Shown here: piece after piece, positions 10,607-20,995 of the stretch
Numbering within the stretch: position 1 is the first letter of the stretch
Layout: each line of letters begins with the position of its first letter
NCBI GenBank assembly: GCA_040770465.1
Contig: JAXGJB010000004.1
Span: forward strand, 32,001-96,000
Source of the DNA: Methanothrix sp.
GTDB lineage: Archaea; Halobacteriota; Methanosarcinia; Methanotrichales; Methanotrichaceae
DNA length: 64,000 nt
Direction: 5' to 3'
Translations under genes and position numbers: made by a program
Notes under the pieces: generated by a model
Told to the model about the DNA's origin: nothing
Seen by the model: only the letters and a program-made list of their open reading frames with translations
Databases searched by the model: none

Positions 10607-10839
10607 GGGACGTTCACCTCCTTATATTCTATCTTCGAGCGGCTCTTATTTAAATGAGGTGGCCGCCCGGCGGAAATTCATCACCCTGTCCCATAGGCCG
10701 AGGGTGCCCCGCCCAGATGCTTATCGCTTTCTGATCCTGTCGCCTTCTGATTCAGTTTCTTTTCTTTTGATCCGTCCCGCCATCTTCATAAAGTTTCTAT
10801 GTATACCTCTGAAGAGCAATTTTCGCAGGAGAAATCGGC

Positions 10840-12186
10840 ATGAACCCAGATCGGATGAGGATCTTGAAGGAGGGTGGGGAAAGGAGGGGACCGGTCGTCT
10901 ACTGGATGAGCAGGGAGATGAGGGCGGAGGACAACTGGGCCCTCGCCTTCGCCCAGGAGCTGGCGTTGAAGAGGAGGGCGCCCCTGGGAGTGGTCTTCTC
11001 CCTAAGCGAGGACTTTCTCGGCGCCGGCATGCGGCAGTACGGGTTTTTGCTCCGGGGGCTCGAAGGGGCGGAGAGGATTCTCAGAGATAAGGAGATACCC
11101 TTCGTCCTCCTTCGAGGAGATCCGGGAGAGACCGTCCCCAATTTCGTGAAGGAGCATGCTGGAAGCGTCCTGGTCACCGACTTCTCGCCTCTCTCGATCA
11201 AGCAGAGCTGGATGGAGGAGGCTATCCAGAGGCTTGATCTCCCCATATACGAGGTGGACGCTCACAACATCGTCCCCTGCTGGGTGGCGTCGCCGAAGCA
11301 GGAGTACGCGGCCCGGACCTTCCGGCCGAAGCTGAGGCGACTTTTGCCGATCTTCTGTGAAGATCTCCCCGGCCTCCAGGTCCACCCCCACCCCTGGGAC
11401 CTCGATATTGAGGTGAAATGGGACCAATTGTTGCGGGACCTCTCGGTTGACCGCTCCGTCCCCGAGGTGGACTGGATCGTGCCTGGGGAGGCAGCCGCTC
11501 GGGAGGCGCTGGTTCGATTCCTCGACGAGAAGCTCTCCAGCTACGATGGGGACAGAAACGATCCGAGCGTCGACGGTCAGTCGAACCTCTCGCCGTACCT
11601 TCACTTCGGCCATCTCTCGGCCCAGAGGGTGGCCCTGGAGGCGGCAAAATGCGAGATGGATCCCAAGTCCAGGGCCGCCTTCCTGGAGGAGCTGGTGGTG
11701 AGAAGGGAGCTCTCCGACAACTTCTGCTTCTACAACCGCGGATACGACTCCTTCGATGCTTTCCCCGCCTGGGCGAGAGAGACCCTGAACGAACATCGGA
11801 ACGATCCGCGAGAGTATCTTTACGACCAGAGGGAGCTCGAAAGGGCCGAAACCCACGACGACCTCTGGAACGCCGCCCAGAAGGAGATGGTCATCCGGGG
11901 AAAGATGCACGGCTACATGAGGATGTACTGGGCGAAGAAGATTCTGGAGTGGACCGAGTCTCCCGAGGAGGCTCTGAAGATCGCCATCCGTCTGAACGAT
12001 CGATATGAGCTGGACGGGAGGGACCCCAATGGCTACGTGGGCATCGCCTGGTCCATCGGCGGGGTCCACGACCGGGCCTGGAAAGAGAGGGAGATCTTCG
12101 GGAAGGTCAGGTACATGAGCCGTCGGGGGGCGGAGTCAAAGTTCGACGTCGGAGCTTACATCGAAAGAGTCGGATCTTTGGGGTGA
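10840..12186 (+). CDS. phrB: Class II CPD DNA photolyase
   Basis: VVYWMSR..R..DNWAL, VDAHNIVP, SNLSPYLHFG, GKMHGYMRMYWAKKILEW, DGRDPNGY. Confidence 0.95.
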   Translation: MNPDRMRILKEGGERRGPVVYWMSREMRAEDNWALAFAQELALKRRAPLGVVFSLSEDFLGAGMRQYGFLLRGLEGAERILRDKEIPFVLLRGDPGETVPNFVKEHAGSVLVTDFSPLSIKQSWMEEAIQRLDLPIYEVDAHNIVPCWVASPKQEYAARTFRPKLRRLLPIFCEDLPGLQVHPHPWDLDIEVKWDQLLRDLSVDRSVPEVDWIVPGEAAAREALVRFLDEKLSSYDGDRNDPSVDGQSNLSPYLHFGHLSAQRVALEAAKCEMDPKSRAAFLEELVVRRELSDNFCFYNRGYDSFDAFPAWARETLNEHRNDPREYLYDQRELERAETHDDLWNAAQKEMVIRGKMHGYMRMYWAKKILEWTESPEEALKIAIRLNDRYELDGRDPNGYVGIAWSIGGVHDRAWKEREIFGKVRYMSRRGAESKFDVGAYIERVGSLG

Positions 12187-12289
12187 TTCCATGAGGACAA
12201 ATCTTATACAAAGTGTTTCTCATCACCATCCACCTCCTTTCCAACATAATTACCTAATATTAATAAAAAAATAAATCTCTCGCCTGATG

Positions 12290-12707
12290 AGAATTCGAGC
12301 CTCGACGCGGCCTCGTCGCCGTCGACAGACGGATCGGTTCTAGCCAGAGGTCTCGCGAGTCGGGGGCCGGGTCCTACGCCTCCGAGGAGCTGATCAGGAC
12401 CGAGACGAACTACATAGCCAAAGACGGCGTCATCACCTGGAACCTGGTCGATCTAGCGCCAAACGAGACTAGGACGGTAACCTATCAGGCCCGGGCGCTC
12501 TGGAGCGGGAGGTTCGTCAACCGGGTCCGGGCCGACTCAAGCCTCGTCGACGGGTCGGAGGCCAGGACGGTTTATGCCAGCTCCATCGTCGAGGTGGGGG
12601 AGTTCGAGGGCGAGGTCCCGGTACCGGGATGGCAGCCTACGGACTGGGGGCTCAACTATTCTGCCTGCGAGTCCGATCTCGACGAAGAATATCTCTGCGA
12701 GATTTGA
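12290..12707 (+). pseudogene. Start-less remnant of a DUF11-type surface protein gene
   Basis: Open frame without ATG after a TGA: ...VAVDRRIGSSQRSRESGAGSYASEELIRTETNYIAKDGVITWNLVDLAPNETRTVTYQARA...FVNRVRA...WQPTDWG...*. Confidence 0.6.
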
Positions 12708-12823
12708 TGGTCTTTTAAAACTTTTGAGAAATGGATGAGATCGAGAAATGGATGAGATCGTTTCGGAGGACGGCTTCAGATAAGAGGATCATTTATAGGC
12801 TCCTCCGATCATGGGATCCTCGA

Positions 12824-15800
12824 TCAGGTCCAATCCTTCTTATCGGGTCTCTTCCTGTATTTTCTCTCCAATATCGATCCATTTTCGGCTTTTTTGCGAT
12901 ATCTTCCACCCCTTCGATTGTTTGCTTTACCTCTCTCAGCTTTCCCCACCGCCTCTTTCATCTCCTTCGGCTCTTCTCTTCCCCCTTCGGATGTCATCTC
13001 CTCGCTCTGATCCAGACCGATCTTTCTATCCCGTGATCCCCTCTCCTTCTCTTCTTCGTCTTTTCTTCGTTTTAAAGAGGCTTTATCGCCTGGTCTTCCC
13101 GTTTTCCCCGGAATTTCAGTCAATTCTTCCGTCTTTGCGCGGCTCCCGCCACCAGGTTTCTTCTCGGCCGCTTTATTCTCAGGCTGCCCCCCTCTGATCA
13201 CTTTATAGGCGATTTTTCTCCCTCTGGAAGGCCTCCCCTCAGCGAGCAGATTCTTTTCGCCTCTCATCTGCTCCGAGACCGTCTCTGCTGTCGTTTCGTC
13301 TTCCGGATGGACATTTCTGCCGTCCTTTGCTCCGATCTCCCCGATGACCTTCCCTTCTGCCCCCGCCGAATCTTCTTCGGCTCTCTTGACCCCTTCTCGA
13401 TCGGCCCCCCCCTCATCCTCTTTGCCAGCATCCGTTCTGTCCTCTTCGAGTCCCATCTGATCCCGCCGGCCGGTGACCGCCTCCTCCAGGGCGGCAAAGT
13501 CGATCGCATCATCAAGACCCTCTTCGGGCCAGCCCGCCTCAGCCTCCTCATGATCACGCCGACCGATCGCCGCCTCCTCAAGGGCGGCAAAGTCGATCAC
13601 ATCATCAAGACCGGCTTCGGGCCGACCCGCCACACCCTCCTCATGATCCCGCCGGCCGATCACCGCCTCCTCCAGGGCTGCAAAGTCGATCACCTCATCA
13701 AGACCCTCTTCGGGCCAGCCCGCCTCAGCCACCTCATGATCACGCCGACCGATGACCGCCTCCTCCAGGGCTGCGAAGTCGATCGCATCATCGGGGCCGG
13801 CTTCCGGCCGACCCGCCTCAGCCACCTCATAATCCCGCCGACCGATAACCGACGCCTCCAGGGCGGCAAAGTCGATCTCTTCAACCTCGGCGCCGGCCGC
13901 CTTCCCAACCTCTTCGCCTTCAGTGAGTCCATCCTCCTCCCTCCTGAACCGTCGTCTGATCCGATCGTAGACCCACTTGGAGATCCCAGTTCCGAGGATG
14001 ATGGTCCCGACGAAGAACTCCCAGTTCTCCACGAGGAAGTTCTTCGTCTTCTCGGTCAGGGGGACCTTCCTCGCCGTCACCGTGATCTGGCTGGTGAAGA
14101 CCCTTGTGTCCACAGGCATCGGGTCCTGGCCGGGGAGGACCACCTCGGCATCGGCGGAAAGGGTCAGCTCCTTGGTCCCGCTCTCCAGAGGGACCACGTC
14201 CCAGAGCCAGGTTCTGTGCCCCTCCCTGGTTATCAGCTGCCGCTCCTCGCTCATGGGGGTGATCTCAAAGGCCGTCCCCGCCAGTCGGACCTTCATGAAG
14301 GTGCTGACGGGGATCTCCTCGACCACCGGGACCTCCCCCTCGGAGAACCCTTCGGTGAGGTTCTCGACGGTCTCGTTCATCGATATCCTCGCCTCGACCC
14401 GGTATGTATCGCCCACCAGCATCTCTCGGACAGGATCGAAGGCGATGAGCCCCCCGGTGAGGGTTCTCTTGGCATCCTCCACCAGGGCGGCGTAATCGGG
14501 CGAAGAGGTGCCTTCAGTCGGTGCAGTTACCGGATAAAATGCGCCTCCACCACCACCGCCGCCGTCTCCAGGAGGTGACGTAATCGGAGGCGATGGCGCC
14601 TCCAGGCCGTTGCCCCGGAGGTTGTTATCGACGCTGCCCGCATCGAAGTTCACCCCGTAATCCCCGTTCTCGAGGAGCCGGTTGGAGGAGAGGTTGTTCT
14701 TGTTGGAGGGGTCGAGGACGATCCCGCTCCCAACGTTTTTGCTGGCGTCGTTCTTTTGGATCTCGTTCTCGTCGGAATCGATGAGGATGATGCCGTCAAA
14801 CCTGTTGTCGAGGAGATCGTTCTCTCTGATCTCGTTATGGATGGAGCGATCGAGGAGGGCGCCAAAATCGTTCCTGGTGGCTGAGTTATCCGAGATAACG
14901 TTTTCCGAGGAGTTCACAAGCTTTATTCCCACCCGGTTTCCGGTCATCTCGCTCCCTTTAATCGTCGATCCGATGGTGCCATAGAGATAGATCCCGTTCC
15001 CGTTCTTCTCGAGGTTCAGACCCTCCATGGTTATGTTCGTGCAGTTGATGCAGTAGACGGTGCCGGCTCCCGAAGATGGGTCGAGGATCTCGTCGGAAGC
15101 CCCCACCAGATAGCAGACCTTCTTTTTGCCCACCAGGTTCGATGGGTCAATGTCGTTCTCGAAGTCCGAGATGTTCAGCCCCTCGGCGGAGAAGTCGCGG
15201 ACGTTCCCCGACATCCTGTTATCTCTGAGGAGATTTCCTCCGGAATAGTTCAGAGACATGCCCAGGCCGTTATCCCGGGCCAGGTTGGAGGAGAGGAAGT
15301 TTCTTTGAGAGGACGCGAGAGCGATCCCGGCCAGCTCGTTCTCCTGGACCTCGTTCGCTTCGAGGGTGTTGTTCTCCGATCCGGTTAGATTTATTCCCTC
15401 GCCGTTTCCGGTGGCGGCGTTCCTGGCGACGAGGTTGCCGTCGGATTCGGTCAGGAAGATGCCCCTTGCGTCGTTATCGCTGAGCCTGTTTCCGACGACG
15501 ATGCAGTCGGTGGAGCCCTCGAGCCGGATCCCGTCGACATCGTCCCTGACGACGTTATCTTCCGCCCTGGACCGGGACGAGTTGTGGAAGTAGATCCCGT
15601 AGACGTTCTTTTCCAGGGTCAGACCCCTGACGGTGACGTTGTCGCAGCGATAGCAGTAGACGACGCCAGCCTCCGACGAGGGGTCGATGACCTCGCCGGA
15701 TGCTCCCACCAGGTACGCGATCGGCTTTCCGTCGACCCGGTTGGACCCATCGACGTCGTTATCGCCCGCGGCATAGAAGTTGCGGCGGTTCCCCTGCATA

Positions 15801-18800
15801 TCGTTATATTCAAGCCTATTATTCTCCGATTCGGATAAAAATATTCCGTAGTCATTTTCGCCGCCGATCCTGTTCTCTCTGAGGAGGTTATTGGATGAGC
15901 TGCTGAGATATATGCCGTAGCTGTTCCCGCTGGCATTGTTCGCAAAGATGGCGATCTCTCTGGACCGGTTCAGGAGGATTCCCCTCCCGCGGTCGGTGAG
16001 GGTGTTCTTCTCCACCCTCGATCCGGTGGTGTTGAAGAGGCTGATTCCGTCGCCGCCCCCCGTCAGCCAAAGGTCTCTTACGGTGATGTTGGTGCAGTTG
16101 ATGCAGTAGACGGTGCCGGCATTGGAGGTGGGGTCCACCACCTCGCCCGATGCGTCCACCAGGTAGACGATCGCCTTTCCGTCGACGAGGTTTGAAGGAT
16201 CGATATCGTTTCGGAGGTCCGAGAGTTTCTCGCCTTCCGCGGCGAAGTTGCAGCCGTTTCCTGCGAGGCTGTTGGATCTGAGCCTGTTCTCCCCCGAACC
16301 CCTCAGCAAAAGGCCCTCGTCATTATCGCTGGCGCTGTTTGCGGTGAGGGCGTTTTGAGCTGAGCGATCGAGGACGATTGCGCCATCGTTTTTGGCGACG
16401 ACATTTTCGGATACGCTGCAGCTCCGGGAATCTTCGAGATGGATCCCCGGGCCGTCGTTCTCCTCGACATGGTTTCCTGAGACGTTGATCCGGCTTGAGT
16501 TTCTGAGGCTGAGGGCACCTCGGTTTTTGCGGACCTCATTATCCCGGACGGCACACTCCTCCGACCGGTCCAGACGTATTCCGAGATCGTTGTCGTAGAC
16601 AGCGTTTCCGGAGACGGTGATCTCTTCAGAGCCGTTGAGGAGGATTCCAGTTCCAGTTTCGGAGACCAGGTTCCCCTCGATCCTCGAGTTTGTTGTGTTG
16701 TGAAACGCGATCCCGAAGAAGTTGCCGGTCACGTTGAGACCCTTCGCGGTTATGTTGGTGCATCTGAGGCAGTATACCATCCCGGCGCCTGAGGAGGAAT
16801 CCAGGGTTCTGTCCGATTCGTCGACGAGGTATGCGATCGGCTTTCCGCTCACGAGGTTTGAAGAATCGATATCGTTATCTCCCTGGGCATAGAAGTCTCT
16901 GTCGTTCTCATCCATCAGGTTGAATCTCATCTCATTTTTCGTGGAGTTCTCGAGGATGATGCCGATCCCGTTTCCACGAACGCTGTTCTGGGTGAAAACG
17001 TTCATAGAAGAGTCGAGGGCCCAGATCCCCTCCTGCTCGTTCGCGTCGGCTACGTTGGCATCCAGGGCGTTTCTGGAGGAGGAGAAGAGCTGGATTCCCG
17101 CCCGGCTTCGGCTCGCCTCGTTCGCTTCGAGGACGTTTCTTTGCGACTGATTGAGGCGGACCCCGATCCAGCTGTTGCTGGCGTTGTTCTCCTCGATGAC
17201 GTTCTCGCTTGAGCCTTGAACCAGATAGATGCCGATGTACTCGCTATCGTTCGCTTCGTTGTCGGAGACGGTGTTTTTGCTTGAGGAGTTGAGGTGTATG
17301 CCGACCCCGTTTCTGGCGACGTCGTTTCCTTCGATGAGGTTTTCATCGCTGGAATTTTCAAGGTCGATCCCCACGAAGTTGACCTCGGCCGAGTTGGATG
17401 TGACGTTGTTCTTCGAAGACGATCTTAAGACGATCCCGTAGGAGTTGTTGAAGATATCGTTTGATTCGATCTTGTTTTGACCTGAGCCGTCGAGGAAGGC
17501 TCCGTTCTCGTTGTCGCTGAAGTTGTTCTTCAGCGCGGAGTTGTTGGAGGAGTCCTGGAAAAAGAGGCCGTTCCAGCAATCCTTGGCAAGGTTTCCTTCC
17601 GCCCTCGAGTTTCTGGTGTTCTGGAAGTATATCCCGTAGATGTTGTTATTGAGGGTGAGATCCTCCACGGATACGTTATCGCAGTTGATGCAGTAGACGG
17701 TGCCGGCGTTGCTGGCAGGTCCCAGAACTTCCCCTGAGACGTTCACCAGGTAATAGACGATCTTTCCGTCGACGGTATTGGTGGTGTCGACGTCGTTCTC
17801 TCCGCCGGCGCGGAAGTTGTACCTGTTCTTTGCCATCAGGTTCTCGTTCAGCCTGCATCTTATCGAGCCTGATAGGTAGATCCCGTAATGGTTGGCTTCT
17901 GCCAAATTTCCGGCGATGACGGAGTCAGAGGAGTTTCGGAAGAAGAAACCCCACCTGTTCTTGGTGGCCTCGTTCTCGTTCAGGAGGTTTTGGCCCGAGT
18001 CCTCAAAGACCATCCCTTTCTTCTCGTTCGCTATAGCGGAGTTCTCTTCGACGGCGTTCTTCCGGGATTGGTATAGAGAGAGTCCATTCTCATTCTGTTC
18101 GAGCCGATTTTTGGCGATCTCGTTATTCGACGAGTTTCGAAGGGCGACCCCTTCCCCGCGATTGGTGTTCGCCTCGTTCTCCCGGATGGTGTTGTTCTCC
18201 GAATCGGCGAGTTTTACCCCGCAGTCGTTATCCCAGGCGACGCTTCCGGAAACGAGGTTTCGGTGGGACGATACCAGGGATATACCGTCAGCAACGTTAT
18301 ACGAAACCGAATTTCCCAGGAGGGAGTTCCCGCTGGAGCTGGCCAGGTAGATCCCGTTCTCGTTTCCGCTTATCCGGTTGTTCTCGATCCTCGATCCGGT
18401 GGTGTTGTAAAGGTAGATGCCGTGGGTGTTATTGTTAAGCGTGAGATTTCTCACCGTGATGTTTACGCAGTCTATGCAAAAGACGGCCCCCGCCTCCGAG
18501 GCCGAATCGATGACGAGGTCTGATCGCTTTACGAGATAGACTATCGGCTTTCCGTTCACCAGGTTGCTCTCGTCGATATCGTTATTGCCTCCGGCCCCGA
18601 AGTTGAACCGGTTTTCACATATCAGGTTCTCTCTCATCCTGTTGTTGAAAGACGAGATCAGAACGATCCCCTGATTTTGGTTATCGTTGAAGTCGTTTCC
18701 CTCGATCTCGTTATTGTTGGAGAAGGTGAAACCGGCGCCGTAATTTCTGTTATCGGACACGTCGTTATGGATGAAGACGTTCCCATCGGATCTGTAGGTC

Positions 18801-19492
18801 TGAATGCCGTTAAAATTTTTGCTTACTGTATTGTTCGATATTGTGTTCTCGTTGCTCTCATTCCAGAGAAGAAGGCCGACCTGGTTATCGAGGAGGCTGT
18901 TATTGTAAAGGACGTTCTCGTCGCTTCCGTTCCAGATGCCGATCCCGCACAGCTTGTTATCTCTCGCCTCGTTCTCCCAGATATCGTTATCTCCTCCTCC
19001 CTCCAGATAGATGGCGTGCTTTCTGTTCTGACTTATGAAGTTCTTTGATATCTCGCTGCCGCTGGCCCTTTCGAGGCATATGCCGGACCCGCCGTTTGAT
19101 CTGATCTCGCTATCGGTTATGGAGACGTTAGCCGAGGTGACCCTGATCCCTGCATCGCCGGGACCGGTGCCGGAGTTCGTCACCACTAGCCCCTCGATGA
19201 CGGCGCCGTCGGCCGAGACGGTTATGGAGGATCCTGCACCCCCAGCGTCGATCACCGGCTTTCCGCCGCCGGTGTCCAGGCCCCTGAGGGTCACGGCCCT
19301 GTCCACAACCAGGTTTTTGATATAGACTCCGCTCTCAACCTCGATGACATCTCCATCCGTCGCGTCGTCAATGGCGGCCTGGAGGAGGTCGCCGGGGCTG
19401 ACGCCGATGGTGGACGCCTTCCCCGTCCCGGAGAGGAGAGCGGCCACCAAAATAATAATAAATATATTTACATACTTGATATAATGATCCAC
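12824..19492 (-). CDS. Giant NosD/right-handed beta-helix cell-surface protein, 2222 aa, with C-terminal TM and charged repeat tail
   Basis: Signal peptide, LQAAIDDA..GD.IEV, many GI.L..S..N.I..N repeats, recurring NDID.SN.V.GK.I.YLV...G.VYC..C.N module, TM FFVGTIILGTGI. Confidence 0.9.
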   Translation of the reverse strand: MDHYIKYVNIFIIILVAALLSGTGKASTIGVSPGDLLQAAIDDATDGDVIEVESGVYIKNLVVDRAVTLRGLDTGGGKPVIDAGGAGSSITVSADGAVIEGLVVTNSGTGPGDAGIRVTSANVSITDSEIRSNGGSGICLERASGSEISKNFISQNRKHAIYLEGGGDNDIWENEARDNKLCGIGIWNGSDENVLYNNSLLDNQVGLLLWNESNENTISNNTVSKNFNGIQTYRSDGNVFIHNDVSDNRNYGAGFTFSNNNEIEGNDFNDNQNQGIVLISSFNNRMRENLICENRFNFGAGGNNDIDESNLVNGKPIVYLVKRSDLVIDSASEAGAVFCIDCVNITVRNLTLNNNTHGIYLYNTTGSRIENNRISGNENGIYLASSSGNSLLGNSVSYNVADGISLVSSHRNLVSGSVAWDNDCGVKLADSENNTIRENEANTNRGEGVALRNSSNNEIAKNRLEQNENGLSLYQSRKNAVEENSAIANEKKGMVFEDSGQNLLNENEATKNRWGFFFRNSSDSVIAGNLAEANHYGIYLSGSIRCRLNENLMAKNRYNFRAGGENDVDTTNTVDGKIVYYLVNVSGEVLGPASNAGTVYCINCDNVSVEDLTLNNNIYGIYFQNTRNSRAEGNLAKDCWNGLFFQDSSNNSALKNNFSDNENGAFLDGSGQNKIESNDIFNNSYGIVLRSSSKNNVTSNSAEVNFVGIDLENSSDENLIEGNDVARNGVGIHLNSSSKNTVSDNEANDSEYIGIYLVQGSSENVIEENNASNSWIGVRLNQSQRNVLEANEASRSRAGIQLFSSSRNALDANVADANEQEGIWALDSSMNVFTQNSVRGNGIGIILENSTKNEMRFNLMDENDRDFYAQGDNDIDSSNLVSGKPIAYLVDESDRTLDSSSGAGMVYCLRCTNITAKGLNVTGNFFGIAFHNTTNSRIEGNLVSETGTGILLNGSEEITVSGNAVYDNDLGIRLDRSEECAVRDNEVRKNRGALSLRNSSRINVSGNHVEENDGPGIHLEDSRSCSVSENVVAKNDGAIVLDRSAQNALTANSASDNDEGLLLRGSGENRLRSNSLAGNGCNFAAEGEKLSDLRNDIDPSNLVDGKAIVYLVDASGEVVDPTSNAGTVYCINCTNITVRDLWLTGGGDGISLFNTTGSRVEKNTLTDRGRGILLNRSREIAIFANNASGNSYGIYLSSSSNNLLRENRIGGENDYGIFLSESENNRLEYNDMQGNRRNFYAAGDNDVDGSNRVDGKPIAYLVGASGEVIDPSSEAGVVYCYRCDNVTVRGLTLEKNVYGIYFHNSSRSRAEDNVVRDDVDGIRLEGSTDCIVVGNRLSDNDARGIFLTESDGNLVARNAATGNGEGINLTGSENNTLEANEVQENELAGIALASSQRNFLSSNLARDNGLGMSLNYSGGNLLRDNRMSGNVRDFSAEGLNISDFENDIDPSNLVGKKKVCYLVGASDEILDPSSGAGTVYCINCTNITMEGLNLEKNGNGIYLYGTIGSTIKGSEMTGNRVGIKLVNSSENVISDNSATRNDFGALLDRSIHNEIRENDLLDNRFDGIILIDSDENEIQKNDASKNVGSGIVLDPSNKNNLSSNRLLENGDYGVNFDAGSVDNNLRGNGLEAPSPPITSPPGDGGGGGGGAFYPVTAPTEGTSSPDYAALVEDAKRTLTGGLIAFDPVREMLVGDTYRVEARISMNETVENLTEGFSEGEVPVVEEIPVSTFMKVRLAGTAFEITPMSEERQLITREGHRTWLWDVVPLESGTKELTLSADAEVVLPGQDPMPVDTRVFTSQITVTARKVPLTEKTKNFLVENWEFFVGTIILGTGISKWVYDRIRRRFRREEDGLTEGEEVGKAAGAEVEEIDFAALEASVIGRRDYEVAEAGRPEAGPDDAIDFAALEEAVIGRRDHEVAEAGWPEEGLDEVIDFAALEEAVIGRRDHEEGVAGRPEAGLDDVIDFAALEEAAIGRRDHEEAEAGWPEEGLDDAIDFAALEEAVTGRRDQMGLEEDRTDAGKEDEGGADREGVKRAEEDSAGAEGKVIGEIGAKDGRNVHPEDETTAETVSEQMRGEKNLLAEGRPSRGRKIAYKVIRGGQPENKAAEKKPGGGSRAKTEELTEIPGKTGRPGDKASLKRRKDEEEKERGSRDRKIGLDQSEEMTSEGGREEPKEMKEAVGKAERGKANNRRGGRYRKKAENGSILERKYRKRPDKKDWT
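13460..13880 (-). repeat. 93-bp coding tandem repeat, ~4.6 copies (IDFAALEEAVIGRRDHE...)
   Basis: Anchor (a/g)aagtcgatc at 13496, 13589, 13682, 13775, 13868, spaced exactly 93 bp. Confidence 0.95.
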
Positions 19493-19605
19493 CGCCGTTT
19501 ACCTCAAAGGTAATCGTATCCCTGAGTATAAAACGTTTTTTGGAGGTTGAGGGCATGGGTCACCAGTTTATATAATAATCTGAGACAACTATGCGAGCGA
19601 TCGCC

Positions 19606-20778
19606 TCAGCACGGTTGAAGGACGAACTCTGCAAAGCACCTGACGCGCTCTCCCTCGGAGGTGATCCCCGAGACTGATACGCTGTTATTCAGATGATCAG
19701 AGAGGGGCATCTCCACCGTCTGGTTTGCGCTGAGATTGATCCTCTCATCCGGCATCAGGGTGAGGTTTATGAAGACCGGGCCGCCGCCGACGGAGTCGGT
19801 GAGATTGAGCACGGTTATCGGAAGGTCGCCGAGGTTCTCGACGTTGTAGTTGTAGACCACTACCTCACCGATATCTGCACAGGACCTGCTGGCAGTTACC
19901 GTGAGGTCGAGCTTGGGGAGGATAAGGCGAACGGTGGCAGCTTTTGAGTCCTGGGCAAGGTTGCCCTGAAAGTCGGCGGCTGTGGCCTGGATCGAGTCGT
20001 TGAGGGGGCCTGGAAGATCTTCTCTTGATACGATGAAGCTTGAGGTGGCGGTGGCAGTCTCGCCGGGGTTGAGATCTGCCCTGCTGAGGGGGACTGGTCC
20101 TACCCTCGAATCGACGAGGGTGATCCCCTGGACCGGGAGGGTTCCGACGTTGGCGATCGTGTAGTTTCTGGTAACTTCGGCACCGACCTCGACGGTGCAA
20201 AACCCGGGGACGACAGAGAGCTCGATGGCGGGCCTCCGGTCGGCGAGGTCGCCGAACTGAATCGAGCTATCGATCTCGAAAGTTCCGGTGTACCTCTGAT
20301 GAGAGCTGACGTCCCTTGCGAAGACCTGGTGCATGTTGGAGGCCGTCATGTAGGTGCCGTTGAAGCTGATCCTGGTGTCGGTGCCGACGAGCTCTGAGCC
20401 CCCTGTTCCGAGGACGGTCATCTCCTCTTTCTCCATCTCGGTGGCAGAGAAGGCCTCCAGTATGGAGGTCCTAGTCCCGCTGAAGGGTGAGCCGATCTCG
20501 ATCCGCTTAATCCCCACCAGGGGCGCGTCTCCGGAGTAGGAGAGGCTGAAGGCCTTCGACGAAGTGCCGTTATCGAGGTTATGGCCCTCCTTTGACGCCC
20601 CGATCTGAAGGCTGCCGTCTCCGGTCATGGAGTTGAAGCTCTCAAAGCCATCCATCCGGTTCTCGACGGATCTGCTGATGTCCACCTCTCCGGTTCCGCT
20701 CACCCAGCCGCCGGCCGGGCAGGATGCCGCCAATAAGCCCACTCCCAGCAGCAAGAAGACGAGACCCCTTCCCTTCAT
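19606..20778 (-). CDS. Exported protein with two DUF11-like Ig-fold repeats
   Basis: Signal peptide; Y.I.N.G.LP....L.DS motif twice. Confidence 0.75.
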   Translation of the reverse strand: MKGRGLVFLLLGVGLLAASCPAGGWVSGTGEVDISRSVENRMDGFESFNSMTGDGSLQIGASKEGHNLDNGTSSKAFSLSYSGDAPLVGIKRIEIGSPFSGTRTSILEAFSATEMEKEEMTVLGTGGSELVGTDTRISFNGTYMTASNMHQVFARDVSSHQRYTGTFEIDSSIQFGDLADRRPAIELSVVPGFCTVEVGAEVTRNYTIANVGTLPVQGITLVDSRVGPVPLSRADLNPGETATATSSFIVSREDLPGPLNDSIQATAADFQGNLAQDSKAATVRLILPKLDLTVTASRSCADIGEVVVYNYNVENLGDLPITVLNLTDSVGGGPVFINLTLMPDERINLSANQTVEMPLSDHLNNSVSVSGITSEGERVRCFAEFVLQPC

Positions 20779-20995
20779 GCTCTATTTTCCTTCCTCGATC
20801 CTTTAAGATGGTGGCGGTGTAAGGAGATCGGTTCGGCCCCCGATTCGTCTCAGAGGAGATGAAAAAGGCAAGAAATGGAAGCGGAACGAAAAATGTGATA
20901 TCCGGCTGGCGGATGAAAGAAAAGATTTACTGTCCTAAAACCGTCCTAAATGAAAAAATTATAAATAGTGGCGCTAAATCTCGCCGCCGATCCGA

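Noticed and set aside
10840-12186. Photolyase in a strict anaerobe as a novelty
   Set aside because: Class II photolyases are already known from methanogens such as Methanosarcina mazei
13460-13880. Regularly spaced repeats as a CRISPR array
   Set aside because: Whole 93-bp units are similar, in frame within a CDS, with no unique spacers or cas genes
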